Positions 48,426 to 61,333 of a stretch of DNA of 64,000 nt are shown here, one piece after another. Numbering within the stretch: position 1 is the stretch's first letter; each line of letters starts with the position of its first letter. The position numbers and the translations under genes were made by a program. This DNA comes from Azolla caroliniana (taxonomy: Eukaryota > Plantae > Polypodiophyta), in the NCBI GenBank assembly GCA_043228905.1, contig JBHGNT010000021.1:7130001-7194000 (forward strand), written 5' to 3'. The notes under the pieces were generated by a model. That model was not told where the DNA came from, ran no database searches, and worked only from the letters and a program-made list of their open reading frames with translations.

Positions 48426-50898
48426 CATGTACGATCTCTTCGGTTAGACGGAGGAAAGGAATACTTCTCCGATCCGTTCACGACATACCTTTGACAAGAA
48501 GGATTTCGGCGAGAATTCACTTACCAACACACACCGCAACATAACGATGTAGCCGAACGCAAGAATCGGCACATCCTCGAAGTAGCAAGGGCCATGCAAA
48601 ATGAGACGCATATGCCCAAGTCATATTGGGCAGAAGCTGCAAATATCGTCGTCTACCTCATGAACCGGTGCACAAATCCAAAGTGCACGAGGTCAGCCCG
48701 CACGAGAAATACTATGGGAAGAAACCGGATCTATCCCATGTAAGGATATTTGGCTCCATTGCATACGTGCACATTCCCGATGAGAAGCGGCAGAAGCTTG
48801 ACCCAAAATCAAAGAAGTGCATCCTCGTGGGGTACTCACTGGAGCAAAAGGGGTACAAGTGCTTCAACCCCTCTACTTGGAAGACTCGTGTAAGTTGGGA
48901 TGTCGTCTTTGACGAATCGAATTCATGGTACAAACTCGAGCCGACTCCTCCCGAGCCATCTACGAACAACCTCGACAACACAGAAGACGATGATCAACTA
49001 ATGTCAATACTCGAAGAGAGTCCGATCTCAACTAGATTGAGCAGACCACAAGAGCCTCCGAGCAACCAAAGCACATCTCGGCCAAGTCCAAAGATGGACA
49101 AAGGGAAGGCCAAAATGCCGGAATATGAAGACGATCACTTCGACGACAATGAATGGACTCATTCATTCAATAGTGAGTTCAATGGCTTTGATGACCTTCT
49201 TATGAGGTCACCCGGAGTTGAGAAAGCACTCACATCGGCAAATGAGAAACTCCATCACTCCACCCGAGCGAAGAATCCGGTTAGTCGATTCGGCTACAAC
49301 GACTATATGGCATACCATTATGCCTTTATGATGAAGGTGGTAGTAGTTCAAGAACCGAAGAGCTTTGCCAAAGCCGCTAAAGATCCATGATGGGTCGAAG
49401 CAATGAACGAGGAGATGCAAGCTCTCAGCAAGAATGACACATGGGATCTCGTCCCTCACTCACCGCACAAGAAGGCAATCAGTTGCAGATGGATATACAA
49501 AGTGAAGTATAATGTCGACGGTTCCATCAACCGCTCCAAAGTTGGACTCGTAGCAAAGGGCTACGCACAAACACAGGGCATCGACTAGGAAAAGACCTTT
49601 GCCCCGGTGGAAAAGATGACAACCGTGAGAACCGTGATAGCGCTTGCAGTAGCGAAAGGGTGGCACCTCCACCAGATGAATGTCAAGAACGCTTTTCTTC
49701 AAGGCGAATTAGAAGAGGAGGTGTACATGGTACAACCACCCGGCTTCGAATCCAACATTCATCCGAAAGCCATCTGCTGACTCAAGAAGCCTCTCTACAG
49801 CCTTAAGCAAGCACCACGTGCTTGGCACTCGAAGATAACACAATATCTTCATTGAATCAGCTTCCGAATGTCAAAATCTAATAATTCTCTCTATCTAAGA
49901 AGCGATTCCGGAAGTCCGATCATCATCATCCTATACGTGGATGATTTGGTCATTGGAGGTGAGCATCTAGTCAACATCAACAAGGTCAAATCCCTCCTTT
50001 CCAACAAAATCGAGATGACGGACATGAAAGAGCTCCACTACTTCCTTGGCATTGAGGTAATTCAAACTTCATGCGGGATTATGAACTCCCAATGATACTA
50101 CATTCTCAACTTGTTATACAAGTTCGGTATGACTAAGTGCAAGTCTGTGGCAACACCTCTCGACCGAAACCTCAAACTAGATGCCAATTCTGGCACCACA
50201 GAGTGTGAGCCGACTCAATATCGACAACTGATCGATAGTCTTATCTACCTCACGATCACTCGACCAAACCTGAGCTATCCACTCGGCCTTCTTAGCCAGT
50301 TTATGCAAACACCACGAGATATCCATTTGGATTGTGCTAAGAGAGTGCTACGATACATGAGCGGAAGGATGGACTATGACATTCTCTATAAGTCGGCCAC
50401 GCCAATTCAACTCGAGGGGTACATAGATGCCGACTGGGTAGGCTACAAAGTCGACTAATGATCAACCTCTGGTTTCGTCTTCTCCCTCCGAAGTGGAGCC
50501 ATCTCCTGGAGTAGCAAGAAGTAACCAATCGTCGCTCTTTCGAGCACAGAGGCCGAATACAGGGGCGTTGTTGTGGCTGCATGTGAAGCCGTATGGCTCA
50601 AGAGGATATTAAAGGATCTCGGCGTTCCCATCAAAGATCCAATTCTCCTTTACTGCAACAACATGAGCAGTATTTATCTAGCTCGGAACCCGGTCTTCCA
50701 CGCACGCACGAAGTATATCAAAGTGCACTATTACTTCATTCGAGAGCGTGTTCAGGCTAGCGATGTCGACCTTCAAAATATCACTACGAATCTTCAAACA
50801 GCCGACATCTTCACCAAAGCCCTAGGAGCCGACAAGCTTCGGCAATTCTTGTCAAACCATGAATTGACGGTCCCTTACTTGCCAAGTTTGAGGGGGAG
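48426..50898 (+). pseudogene. pol: Old Ty1/Copia pol remnant (INT-RT-RH) with PPT
   Basis: YWAEAA, RIFGSIAYVHIPDEKRQKLDPKS, LYVDDL, YIDADW, ADIFTKAL. Many stops and frameshifts. PPT gagggggag at about 50890-50898, followed by 36-bp repeats. Confidence 0.9.
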
Positions 50899-50989
50899 TA
50901 CGAGCCGGATGTACTGAATACCGTCCGAACCGCATACGAGCCGGATGTACCAGATACCGTCCGAACCGCATACAAGTCGGATGTACCAA

Positions 50990-51434
50990 TGTCATGAAGA
51001 TTTCTGGCTACAGTGAGAAAACCGGGAGGGACAAATAAATGGGGATGTGCAACATTGCACATGCACTTGTAAATTTATATGATGAGAATAAGATAACAAA
51101 ATGTAAAGTGGAAGAGTAGTAATCTAAGGTGCTAAAGGTGCACCACGAAGTTCGTAGAGGCATAAATGTGATGTGCACTTTGTAGAGTAGAATGAGTCGT
51201 GGGCATTGAGAGTGAATGTGATAGGAGAGAGAGAGAGTTTAAGGCCCACCGATTTAAGATCAAAGGAGATATTCCCCATTAAAGGAAAGGGGATTTTACT
51301 CCCTCTTGTAATGTGCTCACCCCTTACTACTATAAAAGGGAGTGAGGGGTCACTTGTGAAGGGGTTGCCTATTTTGAGTGAGAGAGGTATACCGCTTAGG
51401 TCGAGGGTTCTTTTTGGGGTTTTAGGGTTTCTTA
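50990..51434 (+). repeat. 5' part of a Gypsy-family LTR, interrupted
   Basis: TGTCATGAAGATTT start; resembles 41926-42360, including tataaaagggagtgagggg. Confidence 0.8.
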
Positions 51435-51899
51435 TGTTAGGAAACAGGTCCCTCCGGATGGGAAGTGAGAAGAATAGTGATGATGAGCAAACTCAACCGA
51501 GGCCGAAACCGGATGTGGTGTACCCGGCAACGGAAGACCCGGTGAGAACCGGATGTGGAGTACCCGGCAAGAGCCGGATGGTGAAGGCCCGGTGAGAGCC
51601 AGATGACAAGTACCCGGCAAGAGTCGGATGGTGAAGACCCGGTGAGAACCGGATGTGGAGTACCCGGCAACGGAAGACCCAGTGAGAACCGGATGACGTG
51701 TGCTCGGCAAGCGTCGAATCATGACGGCCCGGTGAGGAGTGCTCACCGGATGAAGGGACATATTCGTAAATATGTTTCTGAGAGTCCATCGGGGCTATAT
51801 TTGTAAATAGCCGAAAAGTCATATTAGTATAAATATGAGTTAGGGCAAACTTAGTACTTATGATGTTGTCATTCTTGTTGGTGCAAGATTAGAGCGCGT
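51435..51899 (+). repeat. 5' part of a Copia LTR (D-related), interrupted by Gypsy E
   Basis: tgttaggaaacaggtccctccggatggg start, U3 tandem repeats, and the aagtcatat..tataaatatgagttagggc box shared with the D and B LTRs. Confidence 0.8.
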
Positions 51900-52555
51900 T
51901 GTCGTGAAGAAAACCGTCCACAAGCGGAATCGGTGCACCGGAGCGTAGGAACCGGCTCTTCATGCACGTACGCCTTATGTTGTACATAAGAGAGAATTAG
52001 GTACATAGAAGATCCTAGGTAGGTAGATTCGGTAGGTAGGAAGTTAATGGGAAACGGCTCCTTTCTTGCCTATAAAAGGAGGGAGGACAAAGTGTTGTGG
52101 GGGGTCGGGCCGAAGGCTTCTCTCTCTTCCATACTCCGTAGCTTCTTCCTGTGCAGGTTTTTCGGGAGGCTCGCGCTGCTCTGAGGAATGCCCGAGTGCT
52201 TCCGGCAGCACCTCCAACCTACTCCTTTCTTTCTGAGCGTTTACGAACAGGCATCGGCATCTGTTCGCCGGCCTGTTCGGTTGTAACCGACTTCATGCTT
52301 CTTGTTGTTTGTCCTTGTTAATATATATATACATACATTCGTGTCTCTCTGCATCGGTGTCCCACTCGCGTCTTTTTGTCGAAGGGCCGTGTCCCTGTGA
52401 ATCTACGCCCACACGTAGTGGGTCCCTTCCCTTCTCCTTTGTCTCTTGCTCTTCAGTACAAGACCCCCGAGGCCCCGCCTCATTCCACGCATCCGCGAGG
52501 AATACCTCGACATCTTGGTGAACCCGACGTGAAGGAGGCGGTAGAAGAGCAGAAG

Positions 52556-54682
52556 ATGAAGGGGTCGGATCTTGCGGAGGCCATGGCTTCGGCCGTGGAT
52601 CGGATATTGAGCGCACACGAGGGCACCGACGCCCTCGACAGAGCCATTGAGGTGGTCGTCGGTACGATCGGCCGGTTCAGCGGAAAGGATGCCACGAAGT
52701 ATTTGGCGTCCTACGGGGCAGAAATGCTGATGCGGGACATTCCGGAAGAGAGGCGTCTTGCCGGGTTCCCTCGAGTGGCGATGCCGAGCATCCATGCGGA
52801 GGTGCTCGAGGTACGGGCAGAGAGCCGTACCTGGGAGGAGTTCGAAGGCCGACTCCTAGAAAAATACAGGCTGGACGACACGCTCCGGCTTTCGAAACGG
52901 GACTTCATGGAATGGGTGGAGTCCCCCGGCAAGGGAAGAAACGCGTCGGCACTCCTCCAGGAGTTTGAGGAACGCTTTGCGCGCCTTTCGGCGCTTGACC
53001 GAACCGTTCTGGATACGAGCCGGGTCCTACTATTCGTCAAGTCGGTGGACGAGCGGGACCAGGATCAAGTCGGCTCCTTGCTAGAAACCGAAGAAGGGCT
53101 GACGACCGACTGGGCTGCGGTTAAGAGAGTCTGTAGCCGTTTCGACAAACGGCGAGAATGGGCTGGCAACGGGGCGGCCGGTGCGGGCTCTGTCACAGCA
53201 AGGAGGCTTGAACCGGCACCACAAGGGCGAAGGGCAGAGACCCGGGAGTGGCTCGAAACTGGTTTGGCTCCGACCGGCATGGTCAATGACTCGTCCGGAG
53301 GAGCAGCGCTGGAGGAGTTGACGCGGGCGATAAAGGATCTCTAGATCGCCCAGACTCGAAGGGAAGGCGGCGAACCGGCTCGTGACCGACGGCCGGCAGC
53401 AGGGAACGGGTGCATGTGGTGCGACGAGGTCGGCCACATTCGGAAGGACTGCGGCGATTTCGCAGAGGCGTTGAGGAACCGGGTGGTGTACCTATGGGAA
53501 GGCCGGGTGCATGCCGGCGATACCAGAAGGGCCCTAAACCGGAACGACGGGCGAGGAGGTATGAAGAGACTGATGGAAGAGGCAGTGGCCCGACACGTGG
53601 AGGCCATCCACTACTCGGCGTCGGCCGGCATTCGGGTCGGGGGCAGCGAGGCCCGAAAGGAGAGCAAAGACGGATTCTGGTCGGCAATGCTGGAAGGCCT
53701 CGCCGGCGCACGGCTGAGGAAAGATGAAGCGGACCGCACTGAGAGACGGGTCCGGGAAATAACCGGGTGGAGCGACCCGGTCGAGGAGAAGACGGGCTTC
53801 GTAGAAGCCGCCTGCCGGAACTACGAGGCTCTGGTAGAAGACAAGCGAGTGGGGAAAGCCGGAGCGTCCGGGCCCTCGCAACGATACGAGACCCAATTCG
53901 GGCAACGACGGAACGAAGTCGGTGGGTCCAGCGCGCAAGATAACCCCAGGAAGGGCGGATACCGACTGGGCACGGAAATAGAAAGGACCACGGACCTACG
54001 AAAGGTCCTAGAAGAACGGATCCTCGACAGCAAAGTGGAGTTGTCATTGCGGGAGGTGCTAGGGATCGCCAAGAAGGAGTTCCACGACTCCATTGTGGAC
54101 TTGGTAAAGCGGAAGAGGCTGTCGACGGAGACAGAACCGGAAGGACCGGTGGAGGTGCGGACGACGCACATCGACGACTTGGCGTTGGAAGATGAGTGGG
54201 CGGAGAGCCACTATTCGAGGCCACACTGGGCCCGAGCGACCACAGAGACCCCGGTAAAGATCGGAGGTGTTCAGGAACCGGTGGTGGCATTGGTGGACCA
54301 CGGTTCGGAAATAAACCTGATGTCCATGGACTTCTATAAGAAGGGAAAGTGGCCGATCAACACCAAGCACGGGTCGAAGATACGGGCGGCGACGCGCGCC
54401 ACCGAGGAACTACACGGGGCCTGCCCGAACGTGCGAGTCAAGATCGGCGACGTCGAGATTGACCAGCACTTCTTCGTACAGGAGACGTCCTCGCACCCGG
54501 TCATATTAGGGGAACCATACATCACGGCGGCGCGGATGGAGACCAAGGTGCTAGAAAACGGTTCGGCCTACGCGAGGGTCAAAAGCCAGGACGGGCGCCA
54601 TTCGGTCCAATTTCTAACGGTGCGACCGAACCACGAGCGAAACCGCGAATCCGTCGGTGGCGAGAACCGGGAGGATTTTTAG
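52556..54682 (+). pseudogene. gag: ORF1 of E: Gag, knuckle and protease, one premature stop
   Basis: MKGSDLAEAM start; TAG at 53342 (CAG in F); ALVDHGSEINLM; ends ENREDF*. Confidence 0.9.
54673..54682 (+). promoter_or_regulatory. Putative -1 ribosomal frameshift site G_GAT_TTT_TAG (E)
   Basis: The -1 frame is open from here into the RT ORF starting at 54817. Confidence 0.65.
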
Positions 54683-55838
54683 AGAGGGCTGCCAAGGCGT
54701 GGGGCCGAGACAGTGCGGACACTCGGGAAAGACCCAACAGTTGTACGATAGAACCGAAACCGAAGAAACCTTGTACGATAGGTAGAAAATTTTTCTTCTC
54801 CAATGACGGTGGGTGTATGATAGTCGGCATCGTTGGCCGAGAAAAGGCAAGGGCGGAGGAGCGACTTCGAGCGTGCGGAGTTCTCGGCCCGGACGAGGAA
54901 ATCAGCGGAGCCGTGCAGGCGGTCTCCTTCGATGACACCTTGTGGATGCTAAGGGAGGTAGCCAGAGAAGACCTTAACGAAGACCGGACGATACCGGTAT
55001 GTTCCGAAGAGATGTACGAAGTCATCGCGAACTTCAGTCAAGGGCTCGGGTCGGATCGGACGGCCCGGGTTAGCACGAAGTACAAGACTGTGGACCGGAA
55101 GGTAAGGCCAGTCGCGGCACCCTTACCGAAGGGCAGCGAGTCCTGGATCAGAGGGGTTGCGACGGACCCCAGTTTGCAAGATCCGGTCTGCATAGGACAC
55201 ACCTTCACCGACGGGACGGTCCGGGAGCTCAAAATCGGTGGGGGCGGGTTCCTACTGCCGGCGGAGGAAGACCGGTTTCGGAGAATGCTCGGAAGGCACG
55301 GGAAAGCCTTCGCATTCTCACCAGAAGAGATCGGATGCGTAGACCCGACAATCGTGGAGCCGATGGTGATATTCACTGTACCGCATGTGCCGTGGAATCT
55401 CAAGCCGATTCCAGTACCGAGAGTTCACATCCCGAAGTTGATGGAGCTATTGAGGCAGAAAGTCGATATGGGCATTCTCGAACCGTCAAGTGCCCCATAC
55501 TCGAACCGTTGGTTTACCGTACCAAAGAAAAACGGAACACTGCGCTTCATTCAAGACCTGCAGCCGGTCAACAGAGTGACCATTCGGAACGCAGGAATCG
55601 GACCGACCATAGACGAGTTCCCTGAGGCCTTCGCCGAAAGGTCGATTTACTCGGTCGGTGACCTGTACTCGGGGTACGACCAGTTCCAGCTAGCCGTGGA
55701 GAGCAGAGACATTACAACGATGCGAACTCCCCTCGGCCTAGTGCGAATGTGTACCCTGCCACAAGGAGGGACCAACTCGGTGGCCCACATGGTGAATGCA
55801 ATGAACAAGGTACTGAGGGATTGCATCCCGGACATCAC
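54679..55838 (+). CDS. pol: ORF2 of E, N-terminal part (RT), interrupted by Copia D
   Basis: WFTVPKKNGTLRFIQDLQPVN, DLYSGYDQF, LPQGGTNS. Confidence 0.9.
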
Positions 55839-58800
55839 TGTTGAGAACTTGACGTTCCTTATGTCCGTCGCTCGGCCACAACCGAGATTCTTTACATACA
55901 CAGCAAAACAGGTAATTAAAACGCAACACAAAAGAGGAGAAATGGTGCACAGGAGGTATACGTGGAAAACCCCAAAAATAGGGGGAAAAACCACGGCAGC
56001 CCACAAGCTGCAAACTGTCACTATGCAGAAGTATACAACAGTGAGATCACTGAGGCAACGACCTCGTGCTCTCAGATCTTCACCACAGGCGGCGGTTACA
56101 ACAGAGGCAGGCAACGACCTCGTCTCTCTTTCACTCTCTCTCTCTGTACAGTTACGCACTCTGATTTCCTCTTGCACCAACGACCAAAGAGATAACAACT
56201 AGAATAACTATATATATAAAACAACAACACACACGTATAACTAAAAGGTTTGCCCTAAGTCATATTTTACTAATATGACTTTTCGGCTATTTACAAATGT
56301 AGCCTTGATGGGCTCCATCCGGCTCTCCGCAGTCGGGTACTCCTCATCCGGCTCTCCGCAGTCGGGTACTCCTCATCCGGCTCTCTGCAGTCGGGTACTC
56401 CTCATCCGGCTTTCCGCAGTCGGGCCTACACCATCCGACTCTCCGCAGTCGGGTACTCCTCATCCGGCTTCATACCGTTTCGGCCTGTTCTTCTCCCTTC
56501 CCATCCGGAGGGACCTGTCTACCAACAAACTCCCCCTTCACTCCGGCATGGGGTGTCTTTCCAGCCCGATCCTCTTCCGGCATGCATCCAGCTTGTCGGG
56601 TGTCAGCACTTTGGTCAGCATATCTGACCCGTTCTCGGCCGTGTGGATCTTCGTCAGTGCGAACTCCTGGTCATCTACCCTTTCCCGGATCCAGTGATAC
56701 CTCCGCTGGATATGCTTCGTCCAGGAATGGTAGGCCGCATTCTTAGCAAGGTGGATGGCACTTTGACTGTCGCAGTAGAGTCGGTATTCCTCTTGCCGGA
56801 TACCGAGCTCTCCGATGAAGTACTTCATCCATAATATTTCCTTGCCTGCTTCTACAGCCGCCATGTACTCCGCCTCTGTGGTTGACAATGCAACCGTCTT
56901 CTGCAGCCTCGACTGCCACGAAACAGCTCCCCCTGCATATGTCATCACATACCCGGATGTAGACCGGCTGGTATCCACATCAGCCGACATGTCCGAATCG
57001 GTGAAACCGTCCAGTTGAGGTTTTCCGGAGCCGAATCGGAGACACATATTTGAAGTGCCCTTCAAATACCGGAGTATCCATTTGACCGCGTTCCAATGCT
57101 CCTTGCCGGGATTGCTCATAAACCGGCTCACCACTCCGACTGCGTATCCAATGTCCGGTCGGGTACAAACCATTGCGTACATCAAGCTCCCGACGGCAGA
57201 GGCATATGGAATCTTCATCATATCTGCCTTCTCTCCTTTTGTCTTCGGGCTTTGCTTGCCGGACAACTTGCAGTTTACCGGAAGTGTCGATCCGACCGGT
57301 TTTGCATCTGACATGTTGAACCGGTGAAGCACCTTTGTCACATACTTCTCCTGTGACAGCCATAGTTGCTTCACTGACCGGTCCCGAATGATGTGCATCC
57401 CCAACATCTGTCTTGCCGGACCCAGGTCTTTCATTGAGAAGGTCCGGTTGAGAGCATTCTTCAGCATCCGTATTTTGCCTTGGTCTCGTCCGACGATCAA
57501 CATGTCATCCACGTACAGGAGGAGTATCAGGAAGTCCCCTCCTTCGAACTTCTTCACAAACACGCAGTGATCGGCCTGCGTCTTGTGGTACCCTTGATCG
57601 GTCATGAAGGAGTCGAACTTCCGATACCATTGCCGGGGAGCCTGCTTCAGTCCGTACAGGCTCTTCTTCAACCGGCATACCAGGTGCTCTTTCCCTTTCT
57701 CCACAAATCCTTCCGGTTGCTGCATGTAGATTTCCTCTTCGAGGTCGCCGTGGAGGAATGCCGTCTTCACGTCCAGCTGCTCTACCTCGAGATCCATGCT
57801 TGCTGCTATACTCAGCACCATCCGGATGGAGGTCATCTTTACTACCGGGGCGAATATTTCGTCGAAGTCCACGCCCTTCTTCTGCTGGAACCCCTTCACC
57901 ACGATCCTGGCTTTGTATCTCGGGGGGTTGCCGACATCTCCCGGTTTCAACTTGAATACCCACTTGTTTCGGAGTGCCCGCTTTCCTTTCGGCAGCTCCA
58001 CCAATTCGTACGTATGGTTCTCATACAGGGAATCCATCTCATCCTGCATGGCCCTTAACCATTTTCGGCTGTGGGTGTCTTCCTTCGCTTCTTCGAAGCT
58101 TTCCGGCTCCCCCTCATCGGTTAGCAGGACATGCTCTGCATCCGGAAATCTCCGGGGCGCCCTTCTCTCTCTGAGAGGATATCTACGTCTTCGGGCTTCG
58201 GTAATCGGTTCCTCCATTTGCTCTTCATCCGAATCCTATTCGGGATCTTGACCGGTTCCGGTCTCAGCTTCCTCTACTTCTTCTTCTGCCAGTTCGGTAT
58301 CCTCACCGTAACCGGCTGGTTCCTCGAGTGCTAACCGGTCTCCTGCCGGTTGGGTCTGCTCATTGTAGAGTCTATCCTTACCGGTCGACTCGGAGTTCAT
58401 TATCTTCTTCTCCGACTCCCAGTCGGCGAGCGTCTTGTCCTCCATGAAGATAATATCTCGACTCCGGAATACCTTCTTGTCGACCGGGTCCCACACTCGG
58501 TAGCCGAACTCATCGTCACCGTAACCGAGGAATATGCGTGGCCGGGTCTTTGGATCTAGCTTTCCTCTCCGGTCCTTAGCTACATGCATGTACGCGAGAC
58601 ACCCGAACACCCTCAGATGCCGGTAGGACACTTCCTTACCGGTCCATACTCTCTGTGGTGTGTCTCCGTCCAGGGGTACTGAGGGTGATCTGTTTATCAC
58701 ATATGTCGCCGTCGACAGTGCCTCAGCCCAAAACTTCTTGGGTAGTTTTGCATGCGCTAGCATACTCCGGACCCTCTCCATTATGGTCCGGTTCATCCTC

Positions 58801-61328
58801 TCGGCCAGTCCGTTTAGCTCCGGCGTCTTCGGCACGGTAAATTCGAGCCGGATTCCCTTCGAGCGGCAGTACTCCTCGAACTGCCCCCGGTACTCACCTC
58901 CGTTATCTGCTCGAACCGCCTTCAGCTTCCGGCCGGTTTCTCTTTCCACTCTCGTGTGGAGCTCTTTGAAGACGGATAACACCTGATCCTTCGTCTTCAG
59001 CGGTGTGGCCCACAGCTTCCGGCTGTGGTCATCTATGAACGTCACGAAGTACTGCGCTCCGGCATGTGACTTCGTGTCTACTTGACAAACATCCGTTTGC
59101 ACCAACTCCAGTGGTGCATTACGTCTCATCGGTGGCCTTGGTCGGAAGGAGGTCCGGTTCTGCTTACCGGCCAGACAATCAGTGCACTTCTCTAAGTGCA
59201 CGTTCTTCACTGGAATGAGGTTGTCGTCTCCAAGCCTCTTCATCCCCTTCTCACTCATGTGACATAGCCTCTTGTGCCACAGCTCACCGGCAGTGTCGGA
59301 AGCCACGTTCACTTCTTCCGGACATAACCGGGCATTCATCAGGTACAGTGTGCTTACCTTCCGAGCCCGAGCCACAATGAGGCTCCCTTTGCTGAACTTC
59401 ATGACACCGTTCCGGATGCTACCCGTGTAGCCTTCATCATCTAGCCGACCGGCTGATATCAGATTCAGACGAACTTCCGGAACGTGTCGGACATCTTTCA
59501 ACAGCAACTTACATCCGGTTGGTGTTGTCAGCCACACGTCTCCTATGCCGACAGTTCGGCATGTTCCTTCATTCCCCATCCAGACACAGCCGTGATCACC
59601 GGCTGAGTAGGATGAGAAGCATTTCCGGTCCGGGGTAAGGTGGAACGACGCTCCGGAGTCTACCACCCAGGTCATCTCGTCGCCGGCATGGTTTATCTCA
59701 CTCTCCTCGGTGATGAGCATCAACTCCTCTTCACTTGCCGCAATTGTCGTCGTTCCCTTCCGGTCCGGCCCCCTCCGGTCTTTACCGTTCCGGTTCGGGG
59801 TTTGCTTCGAATCGGTACCGTCGGTTTCCTTGTCTTTACGGAAATGCCGACAGTTCTTTTGGAAGTGTCCCGTCTTGCCGCAATAGAAGCAAGTCGGCCT
59901 TCCCCTTGACTTTGATCGTGTCCCCGACTTCTCCCGGTTCTGGGGACTACGGTTACTATGTCTTCCGCATTCCGATTCGGTAAGGAGCGCTTTGGAGTCG
60001 GAGCTCGTATCTTTGTCTCTCCGACGAGCCTCCTCATCTAGCAAGCTCGACTTTACTCTTGCTAGGGATAGCCGTTTTCCTTCCGGCCTGGCGTTGCCCA
60101 AAGTAACAACCAACGTCTCCCAGCTATCCGGGAGGGAACCGAGCAGGAGTAGCGCTAGGACCTCATCGGCAAGAGGTACTTCCAATGACGTTGCCTGGTG
60201 AATCAGCCCCTGGAAGGCATTCATATGCTCCGCCATGCTGGAGCCATCTTGGTACCGGAGTCTTACAAGCTTCCGGAATACCGACGCCTGATTGACAGCA
60301 TTTTTGTTCTGGAACATTGTGCCGATCTTCTCCCAGAGCTCATGAGCCTTACTCTCTTCATTGAAGTTGTTGTACAGGCTCATGTCGATGAAGCACCGTA
60401 TGTACGCCGTCGTCTTCATGTGCATCACCTCCCATATCGCGGCGTCGATTTTGTCCGGTCTCTTGTCCCCGAACTGAACCGGCAGCCAGAGGTCTTTAAC
60501 CACGAGCATGTCCCTCATCTTCAACTTCCACACTGAATAGTTGGAGCCGGTGAGCTTGAACATGCCGCCAAACGATTCGTCCATTTTCTGTGTCGATTTC
60601 GCTCTGATACCACTTGTTGAGAACTTGACGTTCCTTATGTCCGTCGCTCGGCCACAACCGAGATTCTTTACATACACAGCAAAACAGGTAATTAAAACGC
60701 AACACAAAAGAGGAGAAATGGTGCACAGGAGGTATACGTGGAAAACCCCAAAAATAGGGGGAAAAACCACGGCAGCCCACAAGCTGCAAACTGTCACTAT
60801 GCAGAAGTATACAACAGTGAGATCACTGAGGCAACGACCTCGTGCTCTCAGATCTTCGCCACAGGCGGCGGTTACAACAGAGGCAGGCAACGACCTCGTC
60901 TCTCTTTCACTCTCTCTCTCTGTACAGTTACGCGCTCTGATTTCTTCTTGCACCAACGACCAAAGAGATAACAACTAGAATAACTATATATATAAAACAA
61001 CAACACACACGTATAACTAAAAGGTTTGCCCTAAGTCATATTTTACTAATATGACTTTTCGGCTATTTACAAATGTAGCCTTGATGGGCTCCATCCTGCT
61101 CTCCGCAGTCGGGTACTCCTCATCCGGCTCTCCGCAGTTGGGTACTCCTCATCCGGCTCTCCGCAGTCGGGTACTCCTCATCCGGCTCTCCGCAGTCGGG
61201 TACTTCCCATCCGGTTCATACCGGGCCTACACCATCCGACTCTCCGCAGTCGGGTACTCCTCATCCGGCTTCATACCGTTTCGGCCTGTTCTTCTCCCTT
61301 CCCATCCGGAGGGACCTGTCTACCAACA
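55839..61328 (-). mobile_element. Ty1/Copia LTR retrotransposon D (Tnt1/Tork-like)
   Basis: LTRs 55839-56527 and 60615-61328. TSD atcac at 55834-55838 and 61329-61333. Met-i PBS at 60601-60612; PPT at 56528-56539. Confidence 0.97.
56538..60584 (-). pseudogene. gag-pol: Copia D Gag-Pol with a single in-frame stop in the INT-RT linker
   Basis: ATG at 60584 (MDESFGGMFKL). All domains are present. TAG at 58236-58238; the frame continues to 56538. Confidence 0.93.
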
Positions 61329-61333
61329 ATCAC

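Noticed and set aside
58236-58238. Programmed stop read-through between INT and RT in Copia D
   Set aside because: Relatives B and B2 have a sense codon here and the context lacks a CARYYA-type signal. A nonsense mutation is more likely.
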